This document shows positions 47,740-58,500 of a stretch of 64,000 nt of DNA, piece by piece. The notes beneath the pieces were generated by a model. The model was not told the DNA's origin. It saw nothing but the letters and a program-made list of their open reading frames with translations, and ran no database searches. A program made the translations under genes and the position numbers. The number at the start of each line of letters is the position of its first letter. Within the stretch, counting starts at the first letter, position 1. Source of the DNA: Minisyncoccota bacterium (GTDB lineage: Bacteria; Patescibacteriota; Minisyncoccia; JAHIHE01; JAGLIN01); assembly GCA_041661265.1 (NCBI GenBank), contig JBAZUT010000001.1, forward strand, positions 129,854 through 193,853, written 5' to 3'.

Positions 47740-48090
47740 TCAGAACCACTCCGCCTTGTTCCTGAGACAGTAATTCAATGTTTTTGCAGTCATCTCCCCT
47801 ATCTGCCATGAAGTGAATCCGCATTTTCCTTTTGAATTTTCATTCTCGAGCCCGAATGAGGCGCTCTTCTTTTTCTTATAATACGGCGAATCGCAATCAA
47901 AGACAACCTCGGATATGTTTTTGATCGATATATGATTTTTCACGAACAAGGCTTCGATATTCTCAAGAATTTTTTCCGCAAGATCCCTGCTGTCGATCCA
48001 GCTCAACTCATCGACTGCATTTCCCTTTTTGGCCAGCAAAAAAAGGCTCGCTTTTACGCCAATAACTTCGATTTTTAATTTATATTTCAT
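47740..48090 (-). CDS. tsaB: Short TsaB-like protein (t6A biosynthesis, N-terminal domain only)
   Basis: DLAEKILENIEALF...ISEVVF...GFTSWQIGEMTAKTL resembles the TsaB GSFTGLRIG region. Confidence 0.55.
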   Translation of the reverse strand: MKYKLKIEVIGVKASLFLLAKKGNAVDELSWIDSRDLAEKILENIEALFVKNHISIKNISEVVFDCDSPYYKKKKSASFGLENENSKGKCGFTSWQIGEMTAKTLNYCLRNKAEWF

Positions 48091-48128
48091 TGATTTTAAT
48101 TATTATTTCAGCTCTTCCGGATTACTTT

Positions 48129-50555
48129 CTATTTCGGCGTTTCAACCAAAAGCTCTGCACCATTTCCACTCTGTTCCCCTATGCCATTACTCTGAATATT
48201 CTCAAGAACTCCGCCTGGAACCTCTTCTTTCATTGGCAGGAGCTGTTTTTCTTCGGCGATCGGTTTTCCTTGTTTCAAGTTCGATAAAATTTTCTTGATG
48301 TCTTCATTGTCCGGATTCAGTTCGGATATCTTCTTGAATTGTTCGATCGCCAGATCCTTTTTGCCCTGTTCGTCGAATATCAATCCGAGTAAATATCGAG
48401 CATTGGAATATTTATCATTCAGAGCAACAGCTCTTTCAAGTTCAAATTGAGCCCTTGCTATCTCTTTTTTATCATAATAGATCGCTCCAAGCTGGTATGC
48501 CAGACCGCTGTCATAAGGTGCAATATTTTTTGTTTCTTCAAGTTTTTGAATCGCTTTATCAACCTCATTCTCGCGCATAAAGATCATGGCGATCTGGAAA
48601 TGCGCCGGCGCATAATTGCCATTAAGGGCAATGGATCTTTCAAGAGCTGACATCGCCTGGTCGAGTTTATCGCTCCAAACGCTATTAATGACCAATTTTT
48701 CCCCCTCCTTATTTTCTTTTTGAGAATCCAGAAGTTTAATTTTGTCGGCAGAAGTTAATAACGTCCTGGCTAAAGCAAACTCGAGCTCGAAATTCTTAGG
48801 GTCTCTTTTCAAAGCTTGTTTATAATTATTTTCCGCGAACAAGTCAGACCCATCAACAATAGGAATTATCTGCTCATAAACGTTGGCAAGATTCGCCCAG
48901 TTCAAAGAATCAGCAGGATTGATCACGGTCGCTTTCTGTGCAACTTGCACTGCAAGGGCTATATCATTTTGGATCCTCGCATTTAATATATCCGGCGCTG
49001 TCTTATCTTCCTTTGATGCTTCATTTTTTGCACCTAAAATTAGAGACTGGCTCGCGGTTCTAAGATATAGATCGGAGTCCGGATCAAGTTTGATCGCAAG
49101 GTCGAGATTTTTGAGCGCATCATCGATGCTGCTTGCTTCCAGTCCTTTTTGATAATAGACAGCTGCAGCATATTTCTGGCTCGAAACAAGAAGAATAGCC
49201 AAATTTCCGGTTATGCAAACAACTATTATGATAAAAATTATAAATGAAAAACTCTTTGATGTTCTTTCAAGAGAAATATAGCTATGTGTCCGGCTAAGCG
49301 TCGAAATCAACCCCAACCCGATAAATATGGCTAGCATCTGCACGAAAAATGAATTAAAGACAAACCATCCGGCTGCAAGAAATAAGATCCCGAGGGAAAT
49401 GGGAAACAGCTTGCCTTTTGTTCCGTTTCTTATAAGGAACACGGCCAGATATATTACCAAAAAAGCCAGCAGCGCAGCTCCAAGAATGCCAAAAGTTGAG
49501 ATAGCTGTGGAAAGAAAGCTGTATCCCTCAATAAACCTGACCGACCAGAAATCAGTGTTGTTGAGCTCTATTGGCCTGCTTGATGAAAAGGCATAGCCGA
49601 AAGTCGAAGGTCCGGAGCCTATCATTATGTTTTTTGCCGAAAAATTATATTTTACAACATCAAGAGTTGAGGAGAGATTCGGCTTGACCTGAACCGGAAG
49701 ATCGGCAAAAGGCGGAAGCGACACGCTAATCACGAAAAGAAGGAATGAGATGATCATCACGAGAAGGGGTATTTCCATTCTTCCGATTTTTTGACTGCTT
49801 GCCGTATGGGGTTCATGCGGATCTATTGATTCGGAAAATTTTCGGGCGACAACAAAAAGCATCGCGACTGAAATTGCTGCCCATAAAAATCTCTGATTTA
49901 AAATGATAAGATTCGAAAGGATCAAAAGACCTGTCATTGCCAAAACAATTTTTGGCACCATCGTTAATTTAAATTCGGACAATATGGCAATGATCAGAAC
50001 AAGCGCAAACGATATGAAAAAGCCAAAATCGAAAGTCATGCCCATTATGTTGAATCCGGCATTTTTTGCAAATTCAAACGGCAGATAAAAATATCCCCTC
50101 ATCTGAAGAAGGCTCAGGATCAAAACTGGAACAATGCCTGCAATGAATGCTATCCCTATGAAAACAAAATCTTTTTTCCTGAACAATGTCGATGAAATTA
50201 TAAAAGCGATAAAATAGACCAAAAAGCTCATCAGACTGTCCGATTGGTACAGGTTTCCGAAAAAACTTACGGTTTTCGCATCGGAAAAAGCGGCGCTTAT
50301 GCCGACCGAAACAAAAACAGCAAGAACTAAAATCGCAAAAATTGACCTTGGAAAGATGATCGTTTTCGTGGAAATTGCATTTAAAAGATAGAACGTAAAA
50401 GAAAAGATCACGAGAAAAAGCGCCATATATTGTTTGTTGATCTCAACCGGCAGAATAGTCAGTGGAAGAAAGAACAGGGGCGTAAGAAAAATTACAAACA
50501 GGAAAATAGTCCTGCTTATATTTGCTAATTTTCCATCTTGGAATTTTGAAACCAT
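48129..50555 (-). CDS. O-antigen-ligase-like polytopic membrane protein with C-terminal TPRs
   Basis: ~12 TM segments, GSGPSTFGY loop, multiple TPRs (YSNARYLLGLIF). Confidence 0.75.
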   Translation of the reverse strand: MVSKFQDGKLANISRTIFLFVIFLTPLFFLPLTILPVEINKQYMALFLVIFSFTFYLLNAISTKTIIFPRSIFAILVLAVFVSVGISAAFSDAKTVSFFGNLYQSDSLMSFLVYFIAFIISSTLFRKKDFVFIGIAFIAGIVPVLILSLLQMRGYFYLPFEFAKNAGFNIMGMTFDFGFFISFALVLIIAILSEFKLTMVPKIVLAMTGLLILSNLIILNQRFLWAAISVAMLFVVARKFSESIDPHEPHTASSQKIGRMEIPLLVMIISFLLFVISVSLPPFADLPVQVKPNLSSTLDVVKYNFSAKNIMIGSGPSTFGYAFSSSRPIELNNTDFWSVRFIEGYSFLSTAISTFGILGAALLAFLVIYLAVFLIRNGTKGKLFPISLGILFLAAGWFVFNSFFVQMLAIFIGLGLISTLSRTHSYISLERTSKSFSFIIFIIIVVCITGNLAILLVSSQKYAAAVYYQKGLEASSIDDALKNLDLAIKLDPDSDLYLRTASQSLILGAKNEASKEDKTAPDILNARIQNDIALAVQVAQKATVINPADSLNWANLANVYEQIIPIVDGSDLFAENNYKQALKRDPKNFELEFALARTLLTSADKIKLLDSQKENKEGEKLVINSVWSDKLDQAMSALERSIALNGNYAPAHFQIAMIFMRENEVDKAIQKLEETKNIAPYDSGLAYQLGAIYYDKKEIARAQFELERAVALNDKYSNARYLLGLIFDEQGKKDLAIEQFKKISELNPDNEDIKKILSNLKQGKPIAEEKQLLPMKEEVPGGVLENIQSNGIGEQSGNGAELLVETPK

Positions 50556-50666
50556 TTCTTTCTGTTTATGTTGATTATGAATAATTAGTTATCGAATAAT
50601 AATTATTATTCAAGTGAGCGGTCGTTCGGTTGTTGTTTTTAGAACAAGCGATAACGCATTATTATG

Positions 50667-50757
50667 GTTCGAGCAAGGGTACTCCCGCGTCGAGAATCTT
50701 TGCGGTATTTGTTTTGAAGCTTCTCGACTCATGAGTACATTCGCTCGAAGAATAAAC
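50667..50757. repeat. REP-like doublet downstream of GIY-YIG
   Basis: GTTCGAGCAAGGGTAC..GTCGAGAA ... TTCTCGACTC..TCGCTCGAAGAATAAAC. Confidence 0.75.
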
Positions 50758-51027
50758 TTACTCCCACTTTCCCCAGCGTCCTTCGATAAGTTTTAGCTTC
50801 TTCTTTCGGCTCCAATCTTTTACTTGTATTTCTTTTTTTCTTGCCATCTCGAGATTTTCATATTCTTCCAGATAAACTATTTTCTTTGGCTTATGTTTTG
50901 ACGTAAATTTAGATCCTGATCCTGAAATGTGCTGAGTCCATCTTTGATCTGGCTTCCACGTCATTCCAGTATAATACAAACCATCTTCACATTCTATAAT
51001 ATATACGTACCATTTCCATTTTTGCAT
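50758..51027 (-). CDS. Small GIY-YIG nuclease (YhbQ/UPF0213-like)
   Basis: WYVYIIEC..YYTG..RWTQH..E.QVK. Confidence 0.9.
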   Translation of the reverse strand: MQKWKWYVYIIECEDGLYYTGMTWKPDQRWTQHISGSGSKFTSKHKPKKIVYLEEYENLEMARKKEIQVKDWSRKKKLKLIEGRWGKWE

Positions 51028-51049
51028 AACATTTACAAAACTTTTTATT

Positions 51050-51130
51050 GTTCGAGTGAGCGATAATCCGCAAGTCGAGAACTCTTGCTATCGTCGAGAC
51101 GGAAACCGGCAGATCGCTTGAAGAATAAAC
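51050..51130. repeat. Degenerate REP-like doublet upstream of GIY-YIG
   Basis: GTTCGAGTGA..GTCGAGAA ... TCGCTTGAAGAATAAAC, same orientation as the 50667 element. Confidence 0.65.
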
Positions 51131-51166
51131 GTTACTTATAATTTTAACTTTTATTGGAAAAACTGT

Positions 51167-54100
51167 CTAATTATTTTCAAAATATGAAGACGCGTCCGAA
51201 TTGGTATTGTCAACGTCGATTATTTGATCGTTTGGATCCGCAATATTTGATTGGCTCTCAGTCTCATTTTTATTCAGCAATTCCTGCAACTGCGACTTAT
51301 CGACACAGACATCATCGACACATAACTTTTTCGTGGTAATCTTTCCGAATGTCCATTCCCCTGCCGTTGCAATAGTGCCGCTCAAAGACGTCAATGCATC
51401 TTTCACGGCACTTGCCACCAAATCTTTGAAACTCTGGTTCTGCCCGAGCGAGACGATAATTGCTTCGCCGCTAGAATCGATAATATTTCCACTTGGATTA
51501 ACTGCGAGCTTTAATTCTTCGATTTGTTTTTTCTGTTCCTTAATGGCATTTATCATAATAAAGGTCAAAGCATGAGAATTAAAATTAAACAATTCTGTTT
51601 CTTGTGCATCGTCCGAATGCAGTTTAGTCATATAACTACTGACCGTATATGGCGCAACATCTTTTATTTCCTGCGCCAAAACTCCGATATTTTCTTTTCC
51701 ATCTGCCGTAAAACCCGCTAATCCATTGTATTTATACCAAATAGGATTTATTTTTTCAATCACAGAAAGACCATCGCTAAAAGGCGTTATGTCTTTTTTT
51801 ATCCGCTCATCCGAAGCAATTGTCCATGTGTTCGTCGAAGGTTTGGCTGCCGAATCGGTAGAAAGCTGAAATTGATATGTCGGCGTCAAGCCGATACCAA
51901 CATATCCTGCATCAGTAATTCTCATTCTTTCTGATCGTGTCGTCCCCCCAGCCGCAGTTGTGGCAAACAGCATATAAGTTCCTTGTGCGGAATCAGTCCA
52001 GTTCTCCGCCGCTTTCATCATAATTACCGCTTTACTCCAGGCAGAAAATCCGGTAGCGCCATAACCTTTTGCCCCAAATACGCCTAAAAGATCATCAAGC
52101 TGACTCGCTGTCGGAGAAGCTTGTGTGCCGCGTGCCGAAGCACCATAAAATGACCCGGCAAAAGTTGCACCATAAGTAGTAGTATTTACAATCGCATTAT
52201 CTCCATCTTTTTGTATATCAAGACTATAAGCTGGCGTCGTAGTTCCGATGCCGACATTGCCTGCATTATCAATTCGCATTCTTTCGTTAGTTGCAGCAAG
52301 CCCGCCAGTAAAAAACTTAACAACGCCAGCAGTATTCCTCGATCCTAAGACAAGTCCTCCCGAATCTAAACTATCAATATAACTAGTATTCGCTGTCAAA
52401 ATGCCATTAGTTGTAAAAGAAGTATTTAAATGAAAAATATCTAACGCTTTATTACTATCATCTTCCGTCAAACGAAAAGTTTCATAAGCAGCAGTTCCTG
52501 CTGTCGCGTTTCTAACAGTCAAATAAGTGCCGGAGTTTTGATCCTTTTGCATATATAGAAGTGATGCTGGGTTTATGACCCCAATCCCCACATTCCCCCC
52601 TGCAAAGATTGCGGCATAATTATTTGTTCCACCGGTCGGAGTATCAACATACAATCCATAATTATTGGCGCTGGCGCCATTCCATGTTCCAGTGGAGGAA
52701 ATATAGGCGCCATATTTATTGATGGAGGCAGTGGAGGAAGTGGCTGTGTTGGCAAGATAAGCGCCATAATAGGCGGCGGTTTGAGCGCCAGAAGCGGAAA
52801 TGGATAATTTTTTATTCGTTGGGGCAGTATCGCCGATGCCGACATTGCCTGAATTATCAATTCGCATTTTTTCCGCATTGCCGCCAGTTGAAATTTTTAT
52901 AATACCGCTTGCATTATTAGCCATCAAATTCAAACCGGCTGCAGTTGAATATAAATAAGCATCGCTGGCCGCGATCGCTCCGAATGCTGTGGTTGATGCG
53001 GAATAAATGCCGATTTGATTTTGCAAACCCGTATCGTTTGATACTCTTATATTTGCAGAAGCCGCCGCGCCAGCCGTAGTATTTTCAACAAGAATTTTTG
53101 TAGAGGCGTTTTGATTTTTAATAATATGCAATATTTCAGTTGGCGCTGTTATTCCAATTCCAACCTTATCGCTAAAATACGCCGCAGCATTAACGCTGCT
53201 TCCGCCTGTTGGCGCGTCAACATATAAACCATACGCATTTGTACTTGTAGACGCGCTGGTTGCTATCTTTAATCCGTAAAGATTTGTCAGTGTTCCGCTA
53301 TTACCCTTTCCCGGAGGAGTAACAAGAATAGTAGCGGCGTCCGCAATATTTTCCGTACTGCTTCCGGCAGTCGGCGCAAGATTTAAGCCATACACGCTGC
53401 TGCCCGAACCTGGAGTAAGAACAGAAACTAAGCGCATGCCTACAGCATTTCCTGCAGAAGAGAAATTTGTAGATACGTTAAACAATGTAGTACTATAAAC
53501 TGACCCAAACGAAATTTGCCCCGATGCCACGTTTAATGCCGCATCCGGAGTCGCCGTTCCGATTCCAACATTTCCTCCGGCAAAAACTGCAGCGTAATTA
53601 TTTGTTCCGCCGGTCGGGGTATCAACATACAATCCATAATTATTGGCGCTGGCGCCATTCCATGTACCGGTGGAGGAAATATAGGCGCCATATTTGTTGA
53701 TGGAAGCGGTGGAAGAAGTGGCTGTGTTATTAAGATTGATTCCATAACTGGCTACTGTTGTCGCACCAGTCGGCTCAACATCTAACCAACCATCAGGCGT
53801 AATATCATTTATACCAACATATCCTGATCCGCGAATAGTCAGTAAATTTACTCCACCGACACGAAAATTAAAATGACGCGATGCGCCTTCTGCTGCGCCA
53901 AAACCAAAATTCATCACAGGATCAGTTCCATTTATAGATAGCGTAGAAACATTAACTATACCGGCACTAGAACTATTTGTAATGTCTATCAAACTAACCT
54001 GTGGATTAACTGATGATAACTGCAAAAGAGATGTCGGCGTCGCCGTCCCGATTCCGACGTTGCCATTCTCCACAATCAATCCATAATTATTCGTGGCTCC

Positions 54101-55768
54101 GGATGCCGAGAAATATCCACCGACGTTGGTTGTGCCAGCTCCGGTATTGACGGCGTATAATCCGTAATCGATTCCGACGGTAGCCCCTGACTGAGAAATA
54201 TTAAGAGCCTTATTTAAATCGGTAGTAGAAGATGAAGCGACCGAGAAAGCATTGCCAGTGCCTGTATAGGTTTGGGTAAAAGTTCCAGTTCCGGAAGCAA
54301 GAGAAAAATTAGAATTATTTTGCACAGTCACCGCACCATTGGAAGTCAGGCCGGAAGTGGCAGTAATGAGTCCGGAAATAGTTGGGACAGCAGTCCAAGC
54401 CGTGCCAGTAACAGTTAAGTTGCCGCCAAGAGTGGTAAGTCCGGTGCCGACGGTAAAAGTATTCGTACCCGTAACGGAAGTGGCGCCGTTCAAAGATACA
54501 GCGCCGGTACCGGTGCCGAAAGTACCGGTACCAGATATAGAAAAATTTCCTGTCGCTTGAGTATAACCGGCAATCGCTGCAATTTGACCGGAAGAATTAA
54601 CTTGAAATTGAGAAGTGGTCCCAACTGTAAATTGAGAATCCGGCACAGCATCGCCGATACCAACATTGCCATTAGCTAAAATCGTAAATGGATATTCAAA
54701 TGATCCTATAGCACCCGTTCCGACGTTTTTATGCATCACCTGCCAGCTACCGCTATTGTCTGCAGTTGTGGTCATAGAGTTTGTCCAGGAATCATTCAAA
54801 TCATTTCGTCTATACCATGTTAAATCACTGGCTTTAAAATAAGCATTTGCGGAAACATCAACATAGCCGTTTCCTCCCAGATTTAAAGACAGCATATCTA
54901 AAGATCCCTGAGACGTTCCAATGATAGCGTTCGTTTGCGCTGCTGTTCCGTAAACATGCAATTTTTCGCTTGGCGAAGCCGTGCCAATCCCCGCCCGACC
55001 ATTCAAAGCATCAATAGTTAAAGTATCCGAATCAACATTCAATGCATTGGCAACATTGGCAAGCGTCCAAGTTGAAGCGGAAGCAGCCGATAAATTTAGC
55101 GCGCCACTAGATGCAATGCTGGGAATTCCAGTCATTGCGCCGGCAGTAGAAATATCCCAACTTGAAGAATCAATCGCCACCGTGGCAGAATTATTTCCAA
55201 CAGTAGTGAGTCCGGTTGAAGAAAAGGTCGTGAACGCACCGCCGGCCGGAGTTCCGGACCCGATTGCGTCCGGCGCCGCCCATGTTTTTCCACCAAGCTG
55301 TTTCGCTTCAAAAGCCGCCGGCACCGCGCCAAGCGCTTTGCGAGGAGTCAACGTCTCCCATGAAGGCGTCGCTGCCGAACCCCCGACTTGCACTTCCAGA
55401 TATAAAGTCTGGTTGAAATTAACACTCGCTAAACTGGAAACGCCGCCTGCCAAAACACTGAATAACCCATTTGATACTGAAACTCTCTGATCAGTTCCCG
55501 TTCCATCACAAGTTGTTCCGGAATCCGGACTATAGCAAAGCGTTTCAATCCAAATCGGATCAGTGCCTCCGGCGCAATTCGATGCCGTGCAAAGTCGGAA
55601 TCTGATGTTGTATGATCCATTCGGAACACTGACGCCGCTTGTATTCGTCAGCTTTCCCTGATAATTGATTTTCTCGTTAAATGCTGCACGGACAACGTCA
55701 AAACAACCGAAAATCAAAACGGCTGCTAGCAAAACTAGAATAAATTTTCTATCGATACAGCTCTCCAT
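51167..55768 (-). CDS. Secreted tail-fibre-like repeat protein with a peptidase S74 intramolecular chaperone domain
   Basis: Signal peptide, INYQGKL N-term, GNVGIGTxxP repeats, SDERIKKDI...GVLAQE...coiled coil. Confidence 0.85.
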   Translation of the reverse strand: MESCIDRKFILVLLAAVLIFGCFDVVRAAFNEKINYQGKLTNTSGVSVPNGSYNIRFRLCTASNCAGGTDPIWIETLCYSPDSGTTCDGTGTDQRVSVSNGLFSVLAGGVSSLASVNFNQTLYLEVQVGGSAATPSWETLTPRKALGAVPAAFEAKQLGGKTWAAPDAIGSGTPAGGAFTTFSSTGLTTVGNNSATVAIDSSSWDISTAGAMTGIPSIASSGALNLSAASASTWTLANVANALNVDSDTLTIDALNGRAGIGTASPSEKLHVYGTAAQTNAIIGTSQGSLDMLSLNLGGNGYVDVSANAYFKASDLTWYRRNDLNDSWTNSMTTTADNSGSWQVMHKNVGTGAIGSFEYPFTILANGNVGIGDAVPDSQFTVGTTSQFQVNSSGQIAAIAGYTQATGNFSISGTGTFGTGTGAVSLNGATSVTGTNTFTVGTGLTTLGGNLTVTGTAWTAVPTISGLITATSGLTSNGAVTVQNNSNFSLASGTGTFTQTYTGTGNAFSVASSSTTDLNKALNISQSGATVGIDYGLYAVNTGAGTTNVGGYFSASGATNNYGLIVENGNVGIGTATPTSLLQLSSVNPQVSLIDITNSSSAGIVNVSTLSINGTDPVMNFGFGAAEGASRHFNFRVGGVNLLTIRGSGYVGINDITPDGWLDVEPTGATTVASYGINLNNTATSSTASINKYGAYISSTGTWNGASANNYGLYVDTPTGGTNNYAAVFAGGNVGIGTATPDAALNVASGQISFGSVYSTTLFNVSTNFSSAGNAVGMRLVSVLTPGSGSSVYGLNLAPTAGSSTENIADAATILVTPPGKGNSGTLTNLYGLKIATSASTSTNAYGLYVDAPTGGSSVNAAAYFSDKVGIGITAPTEILHIIKNQNASTKILVENTTAGAAASANIRVSNDTGLQNQIGIYSASTTAFGAIAASDAYLYSTAAGLNLMANNASGIIKISTGGNAEKMRIDNSGNVGIGDTAPTNKKLSISASGAQTAAYYGAYLANTATSSTASINKYGAYISSTGTWNGASANNYGLYVDTPTGGTNNYAAIFAGGNVGIGVINPASLLYMQKDQNSGTYLTVRNATAGTAAYETFRLTEDDSNKALDIFHLNTSFTTNGILTANTSYIDSLDSGGLVLGSRNTAGVVKFFTGGLAATNERMRIDNAGNVGIGTTTPAYSLDIQKDGDNAIVNTTTYGATFAGSFYGASARGTQASPTASQLDDLLGVFGAKGYGATGFSAWSKAVIMMKAAENWTDSAQGTYMLFATTAAGGTTRSERMRITDAGYVGIGLTPTYQFQLSTDSAAKPSTNTWTIASDERIKKDITPFSDGLSVIEKINPIWYKYNGLAGFTADGKENIGVLAQEIKDVAPYTVSSYMTKLHSDDAQETELFNFNSHALTFIMINAIKEQKKQIEELKLAVNPSGNIIDSSGEAIIVSLGQNQSFKDLVASAVKDALTSLSGTIATAGEWTFGKITTKKLCVDDVCVDKSQLQELLNKNETESQSNIADPNDQIIDVDNTNSDASSYFENN
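52581..53728. repeat. Intragenic ~170-bp repeat (52581-52750 / 53559-53728)
   Basis: Both copies encode NTATSSTASINKYGAYISSTGTWNGASANNYGLYVDTPTGGTNNYAA.FAGGNVGIG. Confidence 0.85.
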
Positions 55769-55983
55769 TTTTTTCTTTTAAGAGCTCTACCAATTCTGGA
55801 CTATATTCTCTTATTTGCCTTAATTATACAACAAAAACAACAGTTTGTGAAACTGTTTTAGCATTCTGACCAAGTTTATTGATAAAGCTGGAAAATTCTT
55901 ATTGAAGCCAAAACTAGCCTTGTTGCCTTGAACAACTTGAAAGAATTATAACAATGCCGTCATTGCATGACCATTTTTTAATC

Positions 55984-57336
55984 TCATACTACCCCACCGT
56001 CCATTTTATTTTTTTGTTTCTTTCGATCGCGCGGCAGTCGCTTTATGATCTTGTATAATATAATTATCAATATAAAAATGATAAGCGGGAAAATGTAGTT
56101 TGTTGGAGAAAAGCGGCTTTCCGGAGGTTTTGTTGTGATCGTTGGCGACAGGCTGCCATTTAGCGCCTTTATTATCCTATTCTCTTTGTCCAATAGAACT
56201 ATGGTTATGTCAAACGAACCTTCTTCTGAAAGCTTGATCGATGCAGAATACCCCCCTCCTTGTTCGTCTTTTTTCATCAAATATGAATATTCCTCATTCT
56301 CTCGAGTCAGGATTATCATGATCGAGCCAATCTCTTTTGGGATATTTGTCGAGTCAACAACAACAACGATCTCTTTCCCCTGATCGATCTCTATCCTTCC
56401 TCCTTCAAGCTTTATCGTTGAGCCGTCTTGAATAAAATTAAAATCATCGATCGTTATTTTTTCGATGTCCGGAAGTGTTTCTGGAGGCAAAAGAGGTTCT
56501 CCCGGAGGGAACTCAGGCCGTATTTCAGGCGGTATTTCAGGAGGACCTTCTGGTTTTTCGGGAAGAAGCTCCGGCTTTTCCGCAGCGGGTTTGTCGGGAA
56601 TCGCAGATGCAACCGCCCCTGAAGATATATCGTTGAATTCATCAAAAGAAAAAACAGTATAATAATATCTTGTTCCATTGATGAGATCCTCATCGACAAA
56701 AGATCTTTCTTTTCCTGAATATATTTCAAGACCCTCGCTTGTGTTTTTTGGATAAAATATTTCGCTTCTCTGGATAACGAGCTTGTCAAAATCCTGTCCG
56801 AAAGGATTATTCCAGGAAAGCGCTATTTTGGAATCCCCCGCAATTGCTTTAAGACCGCTTACATTTTCGGGAGATATTTTTTCAGAAAGCGTCTTGAAGC
56901 TATATCCGTCCTTTATTCCCTGGTTTCCGGCACTATCGGTTGATCTGATCTGGAAGTAATAAACGGTATTTCCCCCAAGATCTCGGATCTCGATCCTGTG
57001 CGATGAAACCAGGCTCTCCGCGTGATCCTCAAGAACGCCGATTTCATATGACAATGTTTTTCCATAATACAAATATGCCGAAGAGTTCTCGTTTGTTCTC
57101 CATCTTATATCCGCCCCGGTGAACGATATATCATCAATTTCAACTGCAAATATTTGAGGAGGATCTGAATCAATAATGGGGGCACCGCCTCCGGGATTTG
57201 CAACCTCTCCGGAAGGAACACTTGCCGAAATATTAACCCGATCCTCTTGGGCATCTGATATTTTTACTGCGAATGAACCGGGCAATAAGACTATTATAAA
57301 TATTTTTACCAGTAATTTGATCGATTTATTCCGCAT
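55984..57336 (-). CDS. FN3/purple-acid-phosphatase-N-like surface protein with a C-terminal TM anchor
   Basis: WRTNE..YG..Y, TVYYFQIRS, YYYTVFS FN3 motifs; Pro-rich linker; C-terminal TM. Confidence 0.75.
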   Translation of the reverse strand: MRNKSIKLLVKIFIIVLLPGSFAVKISDAQEDRVNISASVPSGEVANPGGGAPIIDSDPPQIFAVEIDDISFTGADIRWRTNENSSAYLYYGKTLSYEIGVLEDHAESLVSSHRIEIRDLGGNTVYYFQIRSTDSAGNQGIKDGYSFKTLSEKISPENVSGLKAIAGDSKIALSWNNPFGQDFDKLVIQRSEIFYPKNTSEGLEIYSGKERSFVDEDLINGTRYYYTVFSFDEFNDISSGAVASAIPDKPAAEKPELLPEKPEGPPEIPPEIRPEFPPGEPLLPPETLPDIEKITIDDFNFIQDGSTIKLEGGRIEIDQGKEIVVVVDSTNIPKEIGSIMIILTRENEEYSYLMKKDEQGGGYSASIKLSEEGSFDITIVLLDKENRIIKALNGSLSPTITTKPPESRFSPTNYIFPLIIFILIIILYKIIKRLPRDRKKQKNKMDGGVV

Positions 57337-57483
57337 TGAGATTTATTAATGTTTTGTTTGGAAATACTGCTCGGCGCCTTCATTAAAAAAGAAATCCCGA
57401 ATTAAGCTTCCTGGAAACAAATTATGGTATTTTTATTGAGATTTGCGTTCATCAATTTGCCGGGGGCAAATATTTTAACGTCA

Positions 57484-58500
57484 TCATTGCGCAAGCTGAA
57501 CGTGTTTCTTGATGATCCATCTATTGTATTTTTTGATCAAAGTTGCTGAAGAGATCAGGATAATTATTATAAAAAGCGCCGAAAACAAGATCGCCTTCCA
57601 TGGAAAAACCCAAAAAACAAGCTCTTTTGAAAGAAACTTTCCGTTTCCGTTTCCATAGACTACATCCAATCGAGCCGTATATTTTCCAAAAGCAAAATTT
57701 CCAAAGTCATATTTAACTTCTTCAATGAATTTATTTACGGGATCTGACGAATATTTCAGATCATCCCCCCATTGTGACTCAATTTTTCTTATGTTCTGAG
57801 GAAGTATCCTGTTGTTCTTTGAATTGGCATCAAGAAGCACTGTCCTTTTTCCGAAAATGTTTTTTATTTCTATGTTCCCTTTCGGCCTGATGTGCACATT
57901 TCCTTGATTGTTCATCCTATAGACAAATTTAACAGGAAGACTGCTTAGCAACATGCTGCCATACTCCAAGTTGAAATTGTCAATCGAGGCGCTTTCTTTC
58001 ACATCGCCCGATACTTGAAGGAGAATGAGAGAGTTTATTTGCGATTGAATGCCGACGCCTGATTCTTTGTTTTCGTCAGCCTCCGTTACTCCCGTACTGA
58101 AATAGATCGAAGCATAATGACCTCCGGGATCCGCATCCGAAGGAATGTTAATCGTAAATATGAATTTTTTCGCGCTCTTGGGGCGAACTGCGATCTTGTC
58201 TTCGTTATATCTAATCCATCCCGCAAGATCGATATTCTTATCAGCTTCCACCGGAATAAATTTTTGATATCCCTCTTCTCCGGTCATTTCAAAATTCATC
58301 ACCCCGACAGAATATGTCCTTTCTTTGTCTGTTTCATTGTCAATGATAATCGATCTCTCTATGGCGACCCCGGGATCCACTGCAACGTCAATAACCGGAG
58401 GGGAAATCGAAACTGCGCTCGCTTCATGCTCCGCATTCAAAAGAATCGCGAAAAACAACGAGCTGCCTAAAATTATTTTCTTTATTTTGTTGAATATCAT
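57484..58500 (-). CDS. DUF916/WxL-interacting-protein-like protein
   Basis: SISPP, WI, IPSDADPGGHY, NQGNVH, GKYTARL, FWVFPW followed by TM. Confidence 0.7.
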   Translation of the reverse strand: MIFNKIKKIILGSSLFFAILLNAEHEASAVSISPPVIDVAVDPGVAIERSIIIDNETDKERTYSVGVMNFEMTGEEGYQKFIPVEADKNIDLAGWIRYNEDKIAVRPKSAKKFIFTINIPSDADPGGHYASIYFSTGVTEADENKESGVGIQSQINSLILLQVSGDVKESASIDNFNLEYGSMLLSSLPVKFVYRMNNQGNVHIRPKGNIEIKNIFGKRTVLLDANSKNNRILPQNIRKIESQWGDDLKYSSDPVNKFIEEVKYDFGNFAFGKYTARLDVVYGNGNGKFLSKELVFWVFPWKAILFSALFIIIILISSATLIKKYNRWIIKKHVQLAQ

